A stretch of 63,845 nucleotides of DNA, filler included, from Pelomyxa schiedti (Eukaryota; Protista; Evosea), in the NCBI GenBank assembly GCA_020536535.1. It is 10 parts of 10 records of this genome, joined end to end, with 100 filler letters (N's around TTAATTAATTAA, not from the genome) between each part and the next. Parts side by side here need not be neighbours in the genome. Positions count along the whole stretch, not along the records: positions 28,686 to 58,641 come from JAHLWZ010001007.1; positions 58,742 to 60,233 come from JAHLWZ010002467.1; positions 60,334 to 61,586 come from JAHLWZ010002649.1; positions 61,687 to 62,688 come from JAHLWZ010003033.1; 6 more parts are not named here. One strand, 5' to 3'. The notes beneath the pieces were generated by a model. That model was not told the DNA's origin. It did no database searches and worked only from the letters and a program-made list of their open reading frames with translations. The position numbers and the translations under genes are program-made. This document shows positions 49,771 to 61,800 of the stretch, piece by piece (the stretch's first letter is position 1; each line of letters opens with the position of its first letter).

Positions 49771-51556
49771 TCACCACGATAAACAATTTGTTACCGGTGG
49801 CGTGGCCGCTTTCAGAGCAGCAGCTTTCTCCTCAGCCGTCTCCTTGCAATACCAGCAGTTAGGGTCCCCAGAGAAAATCGAGCCCCTCATGGCATAGGCA
49901 ACCCCGCGGCACCCTCCGCACTGGTGCAGCCTCGAGCACCTCCCACAATTGCCCTGGAAGTTGTCCCGCGAGCGCAGGTGCTGCATATCCTCGCACTCCC
50001 AGGCCTTGTGCAGAGCCTGCAGGAAGTCTCCGCCGCATTCCTCAGAGTGCAGGTTGCCCACGACGTAGCCCATGCGGCGGCAAGCGAGGATGTCTCCGTT
50101 CTGAATGACACAAATGCCATTCTTGCCAACGCTGCACCCGCAGTTGTGTTCAAATGCCAGTTGCATCCAAAGAGGGTCCTTGGTGACAAACTGTGTCTGA
50201 GTTCCGTATTTGTCCTCTGGGAGGAAAGTGGTGAGTGCTGGATAGTGACTTGCTTTTTTTTTGAAAAGGTTTTTTTTTCTCTTACCTAGAGCGCTTAGAA
50301 GGAGATAAGCCTGCTCGAGCTCATCTGGCCGGAGAACATCTTCTTCCAGTGCTTCACCTGTTCCCATGGGCACTAGCCTGCCCACAGCAAATCGCGTTAC
50401 TTCATGGGCCACGCATAGCTGAACAATTTGTTCTAACTCAGCCACATTCTAGTTGGGCATTAGAGAATGAGGCGATCAACTATGAAGGAGACTTTTCTGC
50501 TTAAAGTGAGCATAACGGCTGTTGTAATTCCAACCACGCGGGCAATGTCAAGTGCTTCAATTGCCCTTTTGAAGGCTCCTGGTCCCCGGAATGAATCATG
50601 AGTTGCCTCTACTCCATCTATGCTTACCTAAAGAGTAATTAAACCCCCGCAAGAAAAAAAAACATGCAGCACTTGTAGAACACCAATTCTCGCATCAAAT
50701 AACTTCAGGGCCAGAGGAATTGTTAACATGGTTCCGTTAGATAGAACTCTCGGGAAGATTCTAAGCTTGCGAGCTTGGCGTATGTAGTCACACAACTGTG
50801 GTTCCAGCAGAGGCTCTATAGGGCCCTAGGATTAGGAGCTTATTCAAATTCCCTCCCCAGTACCAAATTACCTCCGCCAGTATAATAGATAGTTCCGTCA
50901 CAATCCATTTCCTTCAGAAAAGCACTGAACGCCAAAAGTAGTTTGGTGACATCACCAGGAGTCATTGACATTCCTCCCCTCTTGCTCTCCTGATAGCAAT
51001 GTGTGCACCTCAAATTACACGTGTCCGTCAAATGCAACTGCAAAAAGAACTGCTTCCTTCGAAGCACAGGTCGCTGCCGCCTTCCCATAACTGAGTTGGC
51101 CACGCTCGAGTGCCCTCTGCAGCTGTGGTCGTGATGGTGATGGTGGTGGTGATGAGGCCCATCGCTCCCATCACCAACCAAACGGTCGTGCTTGTGACAC
51201 GCGCACGAGCAATCTTCCTCGGAGACTACCGGGGGAGTAGCCGTTGTCCTGAGTTGGAATGAATTGTGGGAGCTTGTGCTTGTGTCCTTTCCTGTGCCAG
51301 AGCTTGAACTCCCCGTCGTACTACTAGTAGCAGAAGTCGTAGTCGTAGTAGTCGTCGTTGAGACAGAAGGTTGTAGAGGCCTCCCGGTGGTTCGTATCAC
51401 GAAGGGGTCGTCCAGAGTGGGCTGGGCGTCGGCCTCGTCCCCGCTGCTGGGGCACTCGCATTCGCACTCACAGGCGCCGTCACACTCGCTCTGTATTTCG
51501 TCGTCATCGCCGTCTACGTTGTGTTCATCCGCGAAAATAGTGCCTTCGTCGCACAT
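49771..51556 (-). CDS. Radical SAM/SPASM domain protein with a Cys-rich and His-rich N-terminal extension
   Basis: QLHLTDTCNLRCTHCY (Cx3Cx2C), YTGG|EPLL split by an intron, LSNGT, VSIDG and HDSFRGPGAF; SPASM GCSVG...GDILAC...VGNL...CGRCSRLHQCGGCRGVAYA...GDPNCW. Confidence 0.92.
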
Positions 51557-51940
51557 TGTTTTGTTTTGTGTGTTTTGTTTGTTGTTCTGGCATCTGAAAA
51601 GTCTGGTGCTGTGATCATCGGGAATTTCTCAAGAATCCACATTGTTCACATCAGCCAGGTTTCTTGCTAGTTCAGGCAACACTATTGATTATAGCTCCTG
51701 CCCCGTGCTGATGCCTGCCCTAAAATTCTGTGTAATCCACACACAAAGGTGAACAGAACTGTATGCACACTTGGGTTCCAGGCACACATTATACTGGCAA
51801 ACTCAGCAAAACACACAATTTTCACCCTGGACCCATTCCCTTGCTTTGATTTCCGCAATAATGGACCAAATATCTTTTCGATTAGTTAATTCAAGTTACC
51901 GGAAACCAATCTCAAAGGACCGGCCCCCGCACTGCTTTTA

Positions 51941-54867
51941 GGGGGGGGTCCAAGGAGTACGGAAAATAATTGCAAAAAAACACAAATAATTTCGAATTTT
52001 TGTAAAGGACTTATTGTTTTGCCCTTCAAAAAAAATTGATTTTGTATTTAAAAGGAGCCGCTTGTGGCGTTGGCATTTTACAAAAAAAAAACACGTTAAC
52101 ACCACCCCTTTTACAGAGTTTATTTGTGGCTGTAACCAAAGCTGGCATCTGTGGCTTTTACTTCGATTCACACCCCTCCACAGGAGGGACAGTCAGGAAT
52201 TACCTTGCACTGGTATTGTGACTTGTGGCTAGTGGATACATTGGCACAGTGCCCCCGAACCATGCACGAGAGTCACCTCACAACCCAGTGCACAAGCCTT
52301 GACTTATCTGTTGAAACTGGCGTTGGTGTGTAGACAACACACAATTCTGGTGGTTCTTGTGCTTGTTGTTGGCCCTTCGGAGGGTTTCAGTGGAAGTTTC
52401 CAAGAAAGAAAACTGATGGTCGATGTAAACGGACTCAGGAAGGAGGTACTTTTACAAGCCTTTCACACACAGAGAACTTGGGCAAGCAACACTCAATTGA
52501 AACAAAATCCACAACCTTCAACACAATAAATCAACTTTTGGTTTTTTTTTCCTTTCGGGTTGATCATGTGGTGGTACAAACCGAACGAATGGAAAGTTTA
52601 GGCAGTTGTGGGCGGTTGTACGTTCCTGCAAAACGGTCAAGCAGGAACTGCCGGAAAAACACACTCCTTTTTGTTAATTTCAGTTCGGGTTGGTTGTGAG
52701 GCCTTTGCACGCCAATGGTGTGTTGTTTTGCAGTGTGCTGTTTACAATTGGTTTGCAAACCAAAAGGATATAGGACTCTTACTCGAATTTGTCTGGTTCT
52801 GATGGTTCTTTGTACTCTCAACCCCCTTTTGTTGATTTCTTGACGCCACAAGCACAACACCTACCAATGCAACAACTACAACAACAAGTGCCATCACAAT
52901 CACAACTACCGTTATTGCAAATGCAACCATCACCTCCCCAGTCAGAGCCGCAACAGCTACAACACATACAGCAACTACAACCACAACTTCCACAGCCACA
53001 ACAAACACTACTGCAACAGCAGCAACTACTACCACCATCCCAACAACAGTTACAGCTTCTTCTGCAACCACCACAGTCCTTTCAACAAGGAGTTCTTCCT
53101 CCTTGTTCGTTTGCATCCACAACATATCCAGCAGTCCCACAGGCCTTCACAATGGGTCCACCTGCAATGGTGCCCTACAATGACCTTCTGCAGCTTTGTG
53201 TGGTCTGGTTTAAGTAGGTTTTTTTTTCCCCTTTCTAACCAGCTATCAGAGTTTACAAAGACAGTTGGCAAGCCAGCCAACCCAATTCTTTAAAGAGTGA
53301 TACTGACCTTGCTTGAGCACTGGTACCCCTGTATCACGGTTGTGTGTAAGGTATGGAATGACTGAGAGCCAAGGATTAGGGGCAGTGCAACGAGTCCGGC
53401 CATACATCCATCGTGAACTTTGCCAGTATTGGGACCGTCCCTTCATCCACAAAGTGGATCCAGAAGACCGATTTTCATACATCGCTGTGGTTGGAGACCA
53501 CACACCAATCATGATTAACAGACCCTATTGCCCTACCAATTCATTTGCGTATGGAAAGCAGGTACACACTTTCAAAAGTATTTCATAACTTTTTAAAAAT
53601 CGACTGCACAGACATATGATAAACACCATGGCATGTATGCTCTTAAAAAACATGTTGTTGTTTCAGCCACTTCACCCTATTACGCTGTGGCATGGAATTG
53701 TGCCAGTGAAGGCTCATGCCATGATATGAAAGATCTGATCTTAACATGGCAAAACATGTACCCCCATTTATTGGCAAAAAAACCTGAGGATGCCCATCTT
53801 TTCCCTCAGCAGCCCACATGGGCAGTGTTGTTGGATAGCGGCTATGTAGGACCAGAGCCTTATGGGTATGCCAGCTTGCCTTTTTCGTGAGATCTAACAT
53901 TCCCCAAGTTTAAATAAAGTGGTTATACCGAAGCCTTCAAGCCGGACCACATTTAGTTCTCAAGATGTGAGTGACCTAAAGAAAAAAAGGTCTGACTTCC
54001 TCCCAGTCACCTCATCTTGTCTTACAAACCTCAGAGTTATTGTTGAATGCTTTTTCGGGAGAATGACTGTACTATGGAGGTGCCTACTCTCACCTTATCT
54101 TTTTGATAAGGCCTATTTGGACATGGATGTTGAAAATATGATTATGTTGACTAACTCACACATCGAGTAGTTTTTCCGCTATTTGCCGCTTACTTATTGA
54201 ACACAGAGAACATCAGAAAAAAGAGCCTTTGGGCCCAAGTGATGCCAAGAAATATGTGGACTTTGTAAACCTGTGGAAGCAAGCACAATCTAAAGACAAG
54301 GAGATATATGCAAGAAAAAATGCAAAGGCAAAAGAATCAGCAAGTAAAAAGGCTCGTGTGCTTGCACAATATACTACAGAAGCTTCCTCTGATCTTCCAC
54401 CATACATCCTAACTCCATGGCGACACCCACAACCCTCATTATTACCACCACAAAACCAGCAGCAGCAACCTCTGTCCCTCCAACCAACTTCACCACCACA
54501 AAACCAGCAACAGCAACCATCAATGCCAGGAGTGCCACAGCAGCATGGACAGACACGGACACAACCTGCAGTTCTGGAACAACCAATTCCCAACCAACTG
54601 TCCCAGAGCACAGATACTCATACACCATGAGGTAAAAACCCCTCAATACCCAAAACAACAAAAAAAAAAAAATAACTTACAGCACAAACAGACACAACTG
54701 AACACTGGGATGGAATAACACACAAGGAAGCTGCAAACACCTGGCAAAGAACCACGACGCAGCACCAACTTGTAAATAATGAAATTTCTGTTAATTCGAA
54801 GTTTCATAGAAATTTCCTTTTTTTTTGTCCACTGCTAGTGGTATGCCACTAGGAGTTGATCCCCCCC
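51941..54867 (+). mobile_element. Putative PIF/Harbinger-type DNA transposon (boundaries tentative)
   Basis: Contains a DDE transposase. Possible short imperfect TIRs are GGGGGGGGTCCAA after TTA and TTGATCCCCCCC; the right-hand TSD does not match. Confidence 0.45.
52789..54630 (+). CDS. PIF/Harbinger DDE transposase with introns and Gln/Pro-rich ends, possibly disrupted near 53290-53312
   Basis: HTH LSTGTPVSRLCVRYGMTES and the triad VGDHT / WAVLLDSGY / RVIVECFFGR. Confidence 0.85.
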
Positions 54868-55150
54868 AAAATTGATAATTGCCCCCGGCCAAATGACTTT
54901 TGGATTCCCAGATCCCTTTTCCATTCCCACTACCAATTCAGGGGGCAACAATTAAAGTGGGAGGACACAAGCCTTTTTGGTCCAATAACAAAAATAATTT
55001 TTCTTGGTAGACACTATCACACACGTCTCAAATGGCAACGAGAGCTGGATGTTTGGAAGGCTGACTCTCGGGTTAAGTCACAAAATGAAGCCTCCAAAAT
55101 TAAACTTGGGGGAAAATTAAAATTAACATTTTGAAATTGGTGGTTGGAGA

Positions 55151-56833
55151 ATGATCAGTGTGATGTCTGTCAGTTTATTCTTCCGGCAGAGACCTGTGCA
55201 AAAACGACCGAACAAAAGAACCCCCCTTGTGGACCCTCCCAAGAAACCAATAAAATCAAAACCATGTCGATGTATTGGTGTATTGGCGGCTGTGTTTATC
55301 ACTACACTGTTTCTGCTTGCAGAGTACCTTTCCTCAAGGTGCGATTCCTTCACAACTAAATGAAAATAATTTTCGATCTTTATAAGGCCGGCCTACATAC
55401 CTGCCCCAGCTGAATTTCCAAGTGCAAGTGTGCCCATTCAAGGGAGAGACTCCACAGTTTCCGTTAATATCGATCTCAATCTCTTCTCGCTGGTTGTACC
55501 ACGCTATCTAGACAATTGGTTGAATGAGGGTGACTGGAGCTTTCACTATTTGCTGAAAAGTGATGGGTCTCCCCAGGGAACAACAGTGGAAATAGTACAC
55601 TTCAGTGGCAAGGACGGACATATCCACCTTGACAATGGGCATGCCAGCTGCATTGTGAGTGGTGTGTCCTCTCCCAATCCAGGCACTGTCAAAGTGGACA
55701 TCTCTTTTTGGGGGGCAGTGAAATTAAGAAGGAGGGTTGTTACTTCACTCGAGAAAACGAGCGATTTTGCAGGCACGTTATCTTGCACTGTTCCAATCAG
55801 CCTCACAAATGACTGGCATATTATTAGCAATCCATCAGTGCAAGTGTCAGTAATCCGAGCCAAAACATTTTTTGGGTGGTCATGGGAGCCACGGCTTAGA
55901 GCTGGGATGGAAAAAATTTTAATCCCAAAAGTGAGCTTATAATTCAATCCTTTCTGCTGACTCAAAATCCAGATTTTGGAACTGGTGTCACAAGTCCCCA
56001 GTTTATGTGAGAAATTTAACTTGATGTGGCAACATCTCCATGACGCTATGCTGATACCCACCGTGGAGCTGCAAGACTATAAAGTTGAAGATGTGTGGCT
56101 GCAAATAAATCCAAACGCATTGTCTATGTCTCCACTCACATTCGCTGGAGAGTGGATGCATGTGTCAATTGGCCTTTCCTGTAAACCGGTAATTTCAGTT
56201 GGTTATTATCCAGCCTCAAGCTCTCCTACGATGGAGTGCCCAAGCTTCTCCACCATGATCGCTGATCAGGGAATTGATACAGAACTGACATTCCATCTTC
56301 CTTTCACTGTATTAAACACGGAAACATTGAGACTTCCACCGACAGTAATCACAATTTGGGGAGTACAAGTAGAAGTAAAATCTGTGCAGTTTTACGCATC
56401 AGAGAGAACTCTTGTTGCTGCAGTGGTGACACAGAGCATATTTGGCAATGCCACGATTTATTTATGGGGCGAATTACAATGGAACTCAACGAACAGTACA
56501 CTTTCTTTTTCAGTTGTCGACTTCCACCCAGAACCTCGGAACTACCTCTCAAAGATGGCTTTGTTCACTGCTGATTGGTTGTTCCATGGCCATGTAAAGG
56601 AGCTTATCTCACGCAAACTACATTGGAACCTTGGTGCACACCTTGAAAACCTCCGGCAGTATATCAGAGACAGCCACAGATCTGACCACTGGGCGGACTA
56701 CAATTTTGTGATGCAGACATTGGATATTCAGAGTGTTGTTGCTGAGGCCTCTGGAATCACTCTTGTAGGTTCCCTCACTGGCCAAGGTTCAGTTTCTGTC
56801 AAGTCTGACCTAAAACTGACTGACTTAACATAA
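55151..56833 (+). CDS. DUF4403-like (bacterial-type) protein with an N-terminal membrane anchor, 2 introns
   Basis: Hydrophobic anchor then DSTVSVNIDL...WQHLHD...WLQINP...ATIYLWG.L.WNST..TL...DF...RNYL..TADWLFHG, resembling the recalled DUF4403 pattern. Confidence 0.65.
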
Positions 56834-56874
56834 GTGATTTCCTCAACAAATCTTTTTTCCTACAATTAATTACC

Positions 56875-57500
56875 CTGCACCTGTCGAGGTAATCAACAGA
56901 AACAACACAGGAACAATGGCTGCCTCACAAGCAGCTTGCCTGTTGTGTGGGTTTTTGCCAGATCAATGAATAACATAAAATCCACAGACAGACCTCATCA
57001 TCGTTATTCATCCCTGCCCACTTGAACCCTTCTCCCACATCCACAACAATGCTCACTCCCTCCCAGCTGGCCAGATACAGAAAGGAAGCGCCAGTTCTGT
57101 GACAACCCTCAGGCCTAAGTACATCAGGCCTGCTCCCGTACTTAAGACCCCGGCCGTTTCCAACCCACAATGTTGCCACACACCCCCTACGCGTCCCACC
57201 AAGCGTGATCGACACCCCAACAAACAACGCCCGCCACGGCATACGTCGACCATCGGCGTAATGAAACATTTTGTCGCTGCGTACTACAACGCTCCGACAA
57301 AGTTGGCTCCGATGTCGTCTACGACGACGTTCAGGGGAAGAACCGCGAGCGGGCTGCGCGCGCCGCAGCGAGGCACCGCGACGCACACGGCCAACGCAAC
57401 GAACTGGTCGGGAGCCCACAAAACGTGATGGACACGCACCCAGAGCGGCCTCTGTTGCTGTACTCGTTGACTCACTCCTCTCTTACAATGCCCTTGGCAG
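56875..57500 (-). pseudogene. Degraded member of the lineage-specific family
   Basis: APDQFVALAVCVAVPRCG and ALFVGVSITLG motifs lie in different frames. Confidence 0.6.
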
Positions 57501-58777
57501 CTTTGTTGCCATCTCCTACAGAAAGCCAGAAAGCACTGTGAACAAGAAAACGATCTGCTAGCATCTGCTGGTGCAGCTAGCATAAATGCCAGCTGCACCA
57601 GAACGCGCTACAAGCGCGGGAACATGCTAAAAGCGTTTTTTGGGGTAAGTCTAATAGATTCAGACAGTGCATGTCAGGTACTGGAAACATGTGGGCTATC
57701 CTATGGGAAAAGATACCAATTTGGAGAAGGTGTGCTGAACTGCTGCATTTTTTTTTTTTTTGCCTGAAGTCGAAAATCGACTTCAGGCCAGGGCACATCA
57801 GGGGAGAAGTGGACTCCAGTGTGGCTGTTCAAACACCTATTAAAACAATAGAGCTCACTATTCAGTTGCATCTGCACACTAGCTCCTCAACAAGAGAATA
57901 GCGGATCTCGCTGCATCTGGCAGGTAGGGGCCAAGTGAGGAAGGTCTTGGAAATGCCGCAGACCCGTTTCAACACAGTTTGAATGTGGGAAAAAAAAACC
58001 TGTGAGTGGAGGTGAGGCCATACTGGGGTACAATGAAAGTGAAAACCTGAGCATATCAGAGCTGCACACATTCTTCTCAGTCTGGGGGTACCTATTATGT
58101 TTGAGTGGGGTGACGATGAAAAGGGAGAGGAGGATTTACCATGGTACAAGTAGGACAAGGTGAAACACGGAAAAGCAGAAACATACCGCGGCCAAGCTGC
58201 TGGAAGTCAAAGGGTACTGATGCCAGCACTCTCACTACATACAGGTTGAGTGTGGGAAAGGATCTAGAGATTGGAGGTGAGTATACTGGGTAACTCTAAG
58301 AAGAGGAATACCGCTGGTATGGAGCCGAGCTGCACACATTCTTTTGGGTGTGTGCCCGCTTCTGTACTCAGGTCTCATGAAACACCAGCATAGTGGATCC
58401 AAACCACAGATTTTTTTTGAACAAAAAAAAAATGGAACGGGACCGTGAGCTCCCCAAAGCACAAAAAAAAAACAACGGGATGTGTGGCGAGGTGACTTCG
58501 CGTCGCTGTAGTTCTAAGTAGGTTCTAATCACTGATGGATTTCTGGGAAAACTACCGCGAATCTGTTGGGACCCTGAGGGAGATCCAGGCGACACCTAGA
58601 ACTGATTCTAGCGCCTTTATAAGGCGGGAACAACACCATCGNNNNNNNNNNNNNNNNNNNNNNNNNNNNNNNNNNNNNNNNNNNNTTAATTAATTAANNN
58701 NNNNNNNNNNNNNNNNNNNNNNNNNNNNNNNNNNNNNNNNNTTTCTTTTCTTTTCTTTTTGCTCCAGACTAATAATG

Positions 58778-60021
58778 ACATGGTTCAGAGGAAAAAAGAG
58801 AACGCGACAGCAGCTTGAAGTTGTTCATGCTGGCACACGTTTTACTTGGCCTCACACTCTCCCAACAGTACGGGTCATGGCCGTTCACTGATGAAACAAA
58901 GAGCATGGAGCGCACATCAAGACGGCGGCCGACGGTGGCAACCAAATGGCGCAGTACTGGCTGTATCTTAAGCGGCCCAGAGTGGTGGTGGTGAGCATAC
59001 CCACTTGGAGTACTTGCAGCGGTCTGCATCACAGGGGTTCTGCCTTGCCCTCCATCAACTGGGTGCGATGTACCGCAACGTCAGCTCGCCAATGGGGGTG
59101 GCTTTGAACCGGGAAGAGGGCCTCAGGCTGCTTCGAATCGGATTCCCGAAAAGGGGGACTCATGGTGCCAGTTTCAAATGGCGCGGTCTGTGGCCGAGGA
59201 AGGAGACCCAGCCAAGAAGCACGCAGCAGTGGCTGAGGTGGCTCAAGCTCGCCTGTGACCAGGGATTGCCAGGTGCACAGTACTCCATGGCACTGGAACT
59301 TGGCAACACTGACTGCTGCGGTGGGAAAGGGAAAGAGAACCACCAGGTGGAATCGCTGCGGTTGTTCAAGCTCGCTGCTGCTCAAGGAATGGCTGCGGCG
59401 CAAAGCGAACTCAGCATGCTTTACCTGAAAGGAAATGGTGGTGTGGAACAAAGCCACCAAACAGCCGTCAAGTACCTGTCACTGGCTGCCAAACGAGGGA
59501 ACCCAGAGGCACAGGTTTGTACAACTGGCGCAATACTACCTGGAGGGAGGAAAGGGAGGAGTCGAAAAGGACGAAGCGAAAGCATTTTCTCTGGTTCAAA
59601 GGGCTGCCAAGTCTGGGATGGCAGGGAGCCACGTAACAATGGGGGTCATGTACCTACGCGGAAGCAGCGCCACTCCCAGGGACCTGGTCAAAGCCAGTCA
59701 CAATTTTCGCCTCGCCCTCAAGGAGGACTGCAACTGCACACAGGCCGCCTCTTTGCTCAGCAACCTCATCTTCCGCGGTGGTGTCCCTGGCACCCAGCGT
59801 GAGAGGCGATGGACCTTCTTCGCATGTCCACCGAGTCCATGATGCCACAGTGCTTTTTTAAACTTGCTGAGGTGTATTCGCGTGGTGTTGCGCTTGGGGA
59901 GGGGGGAGAAGGCATGCTACGAACCAAAAGTGAGGTGTTACAGGCTCGCTGCCACCTCGCCATCACCGCCATCTTCTCTGCCAGTGGCACTTTTGCACTC
60001 CAGACTTACAACATCAGTTGA
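58778..60021 (+). pseudogene. Sel1-like repeat protein, frameshifted
   Basis: Repeats YLQRSASQG, WLKLACDQGLPGAQY, FKLAAAQGMAAAQSELSMLYLKGNGGVEQ and LAQYYLEG, broken over several frames. Confidence 0.75.
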
Positions 60022-60333
60022 GAGATGTTGAGAAACAACCAAGTGGGGTGGTTCCTTTTCCTTTTTTCGTCGTTTTTTTTTTTTTTCGGCTCTGGAGCCT
60101 CCTGGAAACACACTTGGGACTGCCCAAACTTTTTCGGTGTGCACACGATCAAAAAACGAGCGTTTTTCTGGGAAAACAGTGTGCACACAGTTTGCAGCAC
60201 GCCAACGGCCAACAGACACACCAATGTGCTTCCNNNNNNNNNNNNNNNNNNNNNNNNNNNNNNNNNNNNNNNNNNNNTTAATTAATTAANNNNNNNNNNN
60301 NNNNNNNNNNNNNNNNNNNNNNNNNNNNNNNNN

Positions 60334-61356
60334 CTCCAGCCAGTGACCGAGAATGAACACACTGCCCCTACCAAGACTGTTCAAATTGCATCTGGTAGCA
60401 GTTCCATTTCACTGAGTGCATCCATTGTAGAACGGGAGGCACACCCCAAAAAAGTCGGCCAACAGCGAGCACCACCAGCCAGCCAACAGCAACTGCCACC
60501 ATCCAGCCAACAGCAACCACCTCCTCCCCCGCAAATCTTTGATTTACCGGCTTTTGAGGAGGGCAACCTCCTAAGCAACATCCCTCGGCAAGACGTTCAT
60601 CAACATTCCCACACGAAATCCAGAGAACACAACCACCACCACAAAGTGGCTCAACAAGTACAAGGTCAGAGGCCCACCCACCACACCCAGCCCAAAGCAC
60701 CCCAGAAACACCAAATTCCGCCGTCACAGAAGCATCAAAGTAAGACCACACGCCCTCTTGAAGGAAACATCGGGTCTCCTCAGCAAAAAGACACACCCTG
60801 CCCTCTGCCCTATTTGCAGCAAATACAAAGCCAAAAACCAGCCCAAATCACACCCCAGTTGCAGCCAGACCAATTCGCAGCCCCTCATACAACCCAAGTC
60901 CCCCTACTCCCGCAAACAGATGTGATCTGGGAGCTGGACCAGGTCGAACCACTTACGCAGGAACTCCCAGACCCTCCTCCGCTTCCCCAGAGAGACAAAC
61001 ACGCTCGCAAGCCCAATCCCATGCACCAACGCAAACTGCATCCAACAGAACCCGAGCACAATCTCATGCGCCAAAGCAGGCGGCATCCAACAGAACCCGC
61101 ACAGTATTCCAGGGATCCAACAGGTACAGAGCTGGCTTTCGACAAACGACCGGTGGCAGACCAAATGCTCCGCTTCAGACTAAAGATGACGCCAAGATAT
61201 ACCATTCCCCCACATCTGCTAACAACTATTAGCGGGAGCAACAAGAGCCGCCACCATCATCATCACCATCACAGACACACTCACGGCAACCACAACCAAC
61301 CCAGTCCCCAGCCCGACATCATTGATGACTTTGAAGACCCCAACAGGCCTGCCTAA
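60334..61356 (+). CDS. 3' part of a Q/P/H-rich low-complexity protein
   Basis: 337-aa open frame running from the contig edge to a stop codon. Confidence 0.55.
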   Translation, partial: LQPVTENEHTAPTKTVQIASGSSSISLSASIVEREAHPKKVGQQRAPPASQQQLPPSSQQQPPPPPQIFDLPAFEEGNLLSNIPRQDVHQHSHTKSREHNHHHKVAQQVQGQRPTHHTQPKAPQKHQIPPSQKHQSKTTRPLEGNIGSPQQKDTPCPLPYLQQIQSQKPAQITPQLQPDQFAAPHTTQVPLLPQTDVIWELDQVEPLTQELPDPPPLPQRDKHARKPNPMHQRKLHPTEPEHNLMRQSRRHPTEPAQYSRDPTGTELAFDKRPVADQMLRFRLKMTPRYTIPPHLLTTISGSNKSRHHHHHHHRHTHGNHNQPSPQPDIIDDFEDPNRPA

Positions 61357-61686
61357 AACCTTATGGGAGTGAGGAATAGTTCTGGAAGTCCTTTCACATT
61401 GTACAGTTGTGTGGAAAAGAAAATAAAATGTCTCGTGAAAACATTATTATTTGTGGAGGATTGTAATGCAAGGTTCTTTTAAGTTTAGGAAGACTTCTTC
61501 ACCAAGGCAATCATACTGAAGCGAAGTTCTTCACCTTCTAGCGCTATCATGGCCTTAATAACACGGGCAGTGTCCTGTTACAAAGTNNNNNNNNNNNNNN
61601 NNNNNNNNNNNNNNNNNNNNNNNNNNNNNNTTAATTAATTAANNNNNNNNNNNNNNNNNNNNNNNNNNNNNNNNNNNNNNNNNNNN

Positions 61687-61800
61687 GTGTAGAATTTCAA
61701 GGAACCGTCGCCGTGATTCAATACGACGTGGAATTGTTCCCATTTTGAGCCGCTGGACTTGACTTCCAGCCAACCCCGCAATTCCCCTGCACCATAACGT
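61687..61800 (-). CDS. Exon encoding the start of a PH domain (gene truncated by contig edge)
   Basis: LRGWLEVKSSGSKWEQFHVVLNHGDGSLKFY fits the PH beta1-beta3 pattern. Confidence 0.65.

Noticed and set aside
49771-56833. Bacterial contamination as the source of the rSAM and DUF4403 genes
   Set aside because: Both have spliceosomal introns and share an uninterrupted contig with DNA2, SENP8 and ATG12.
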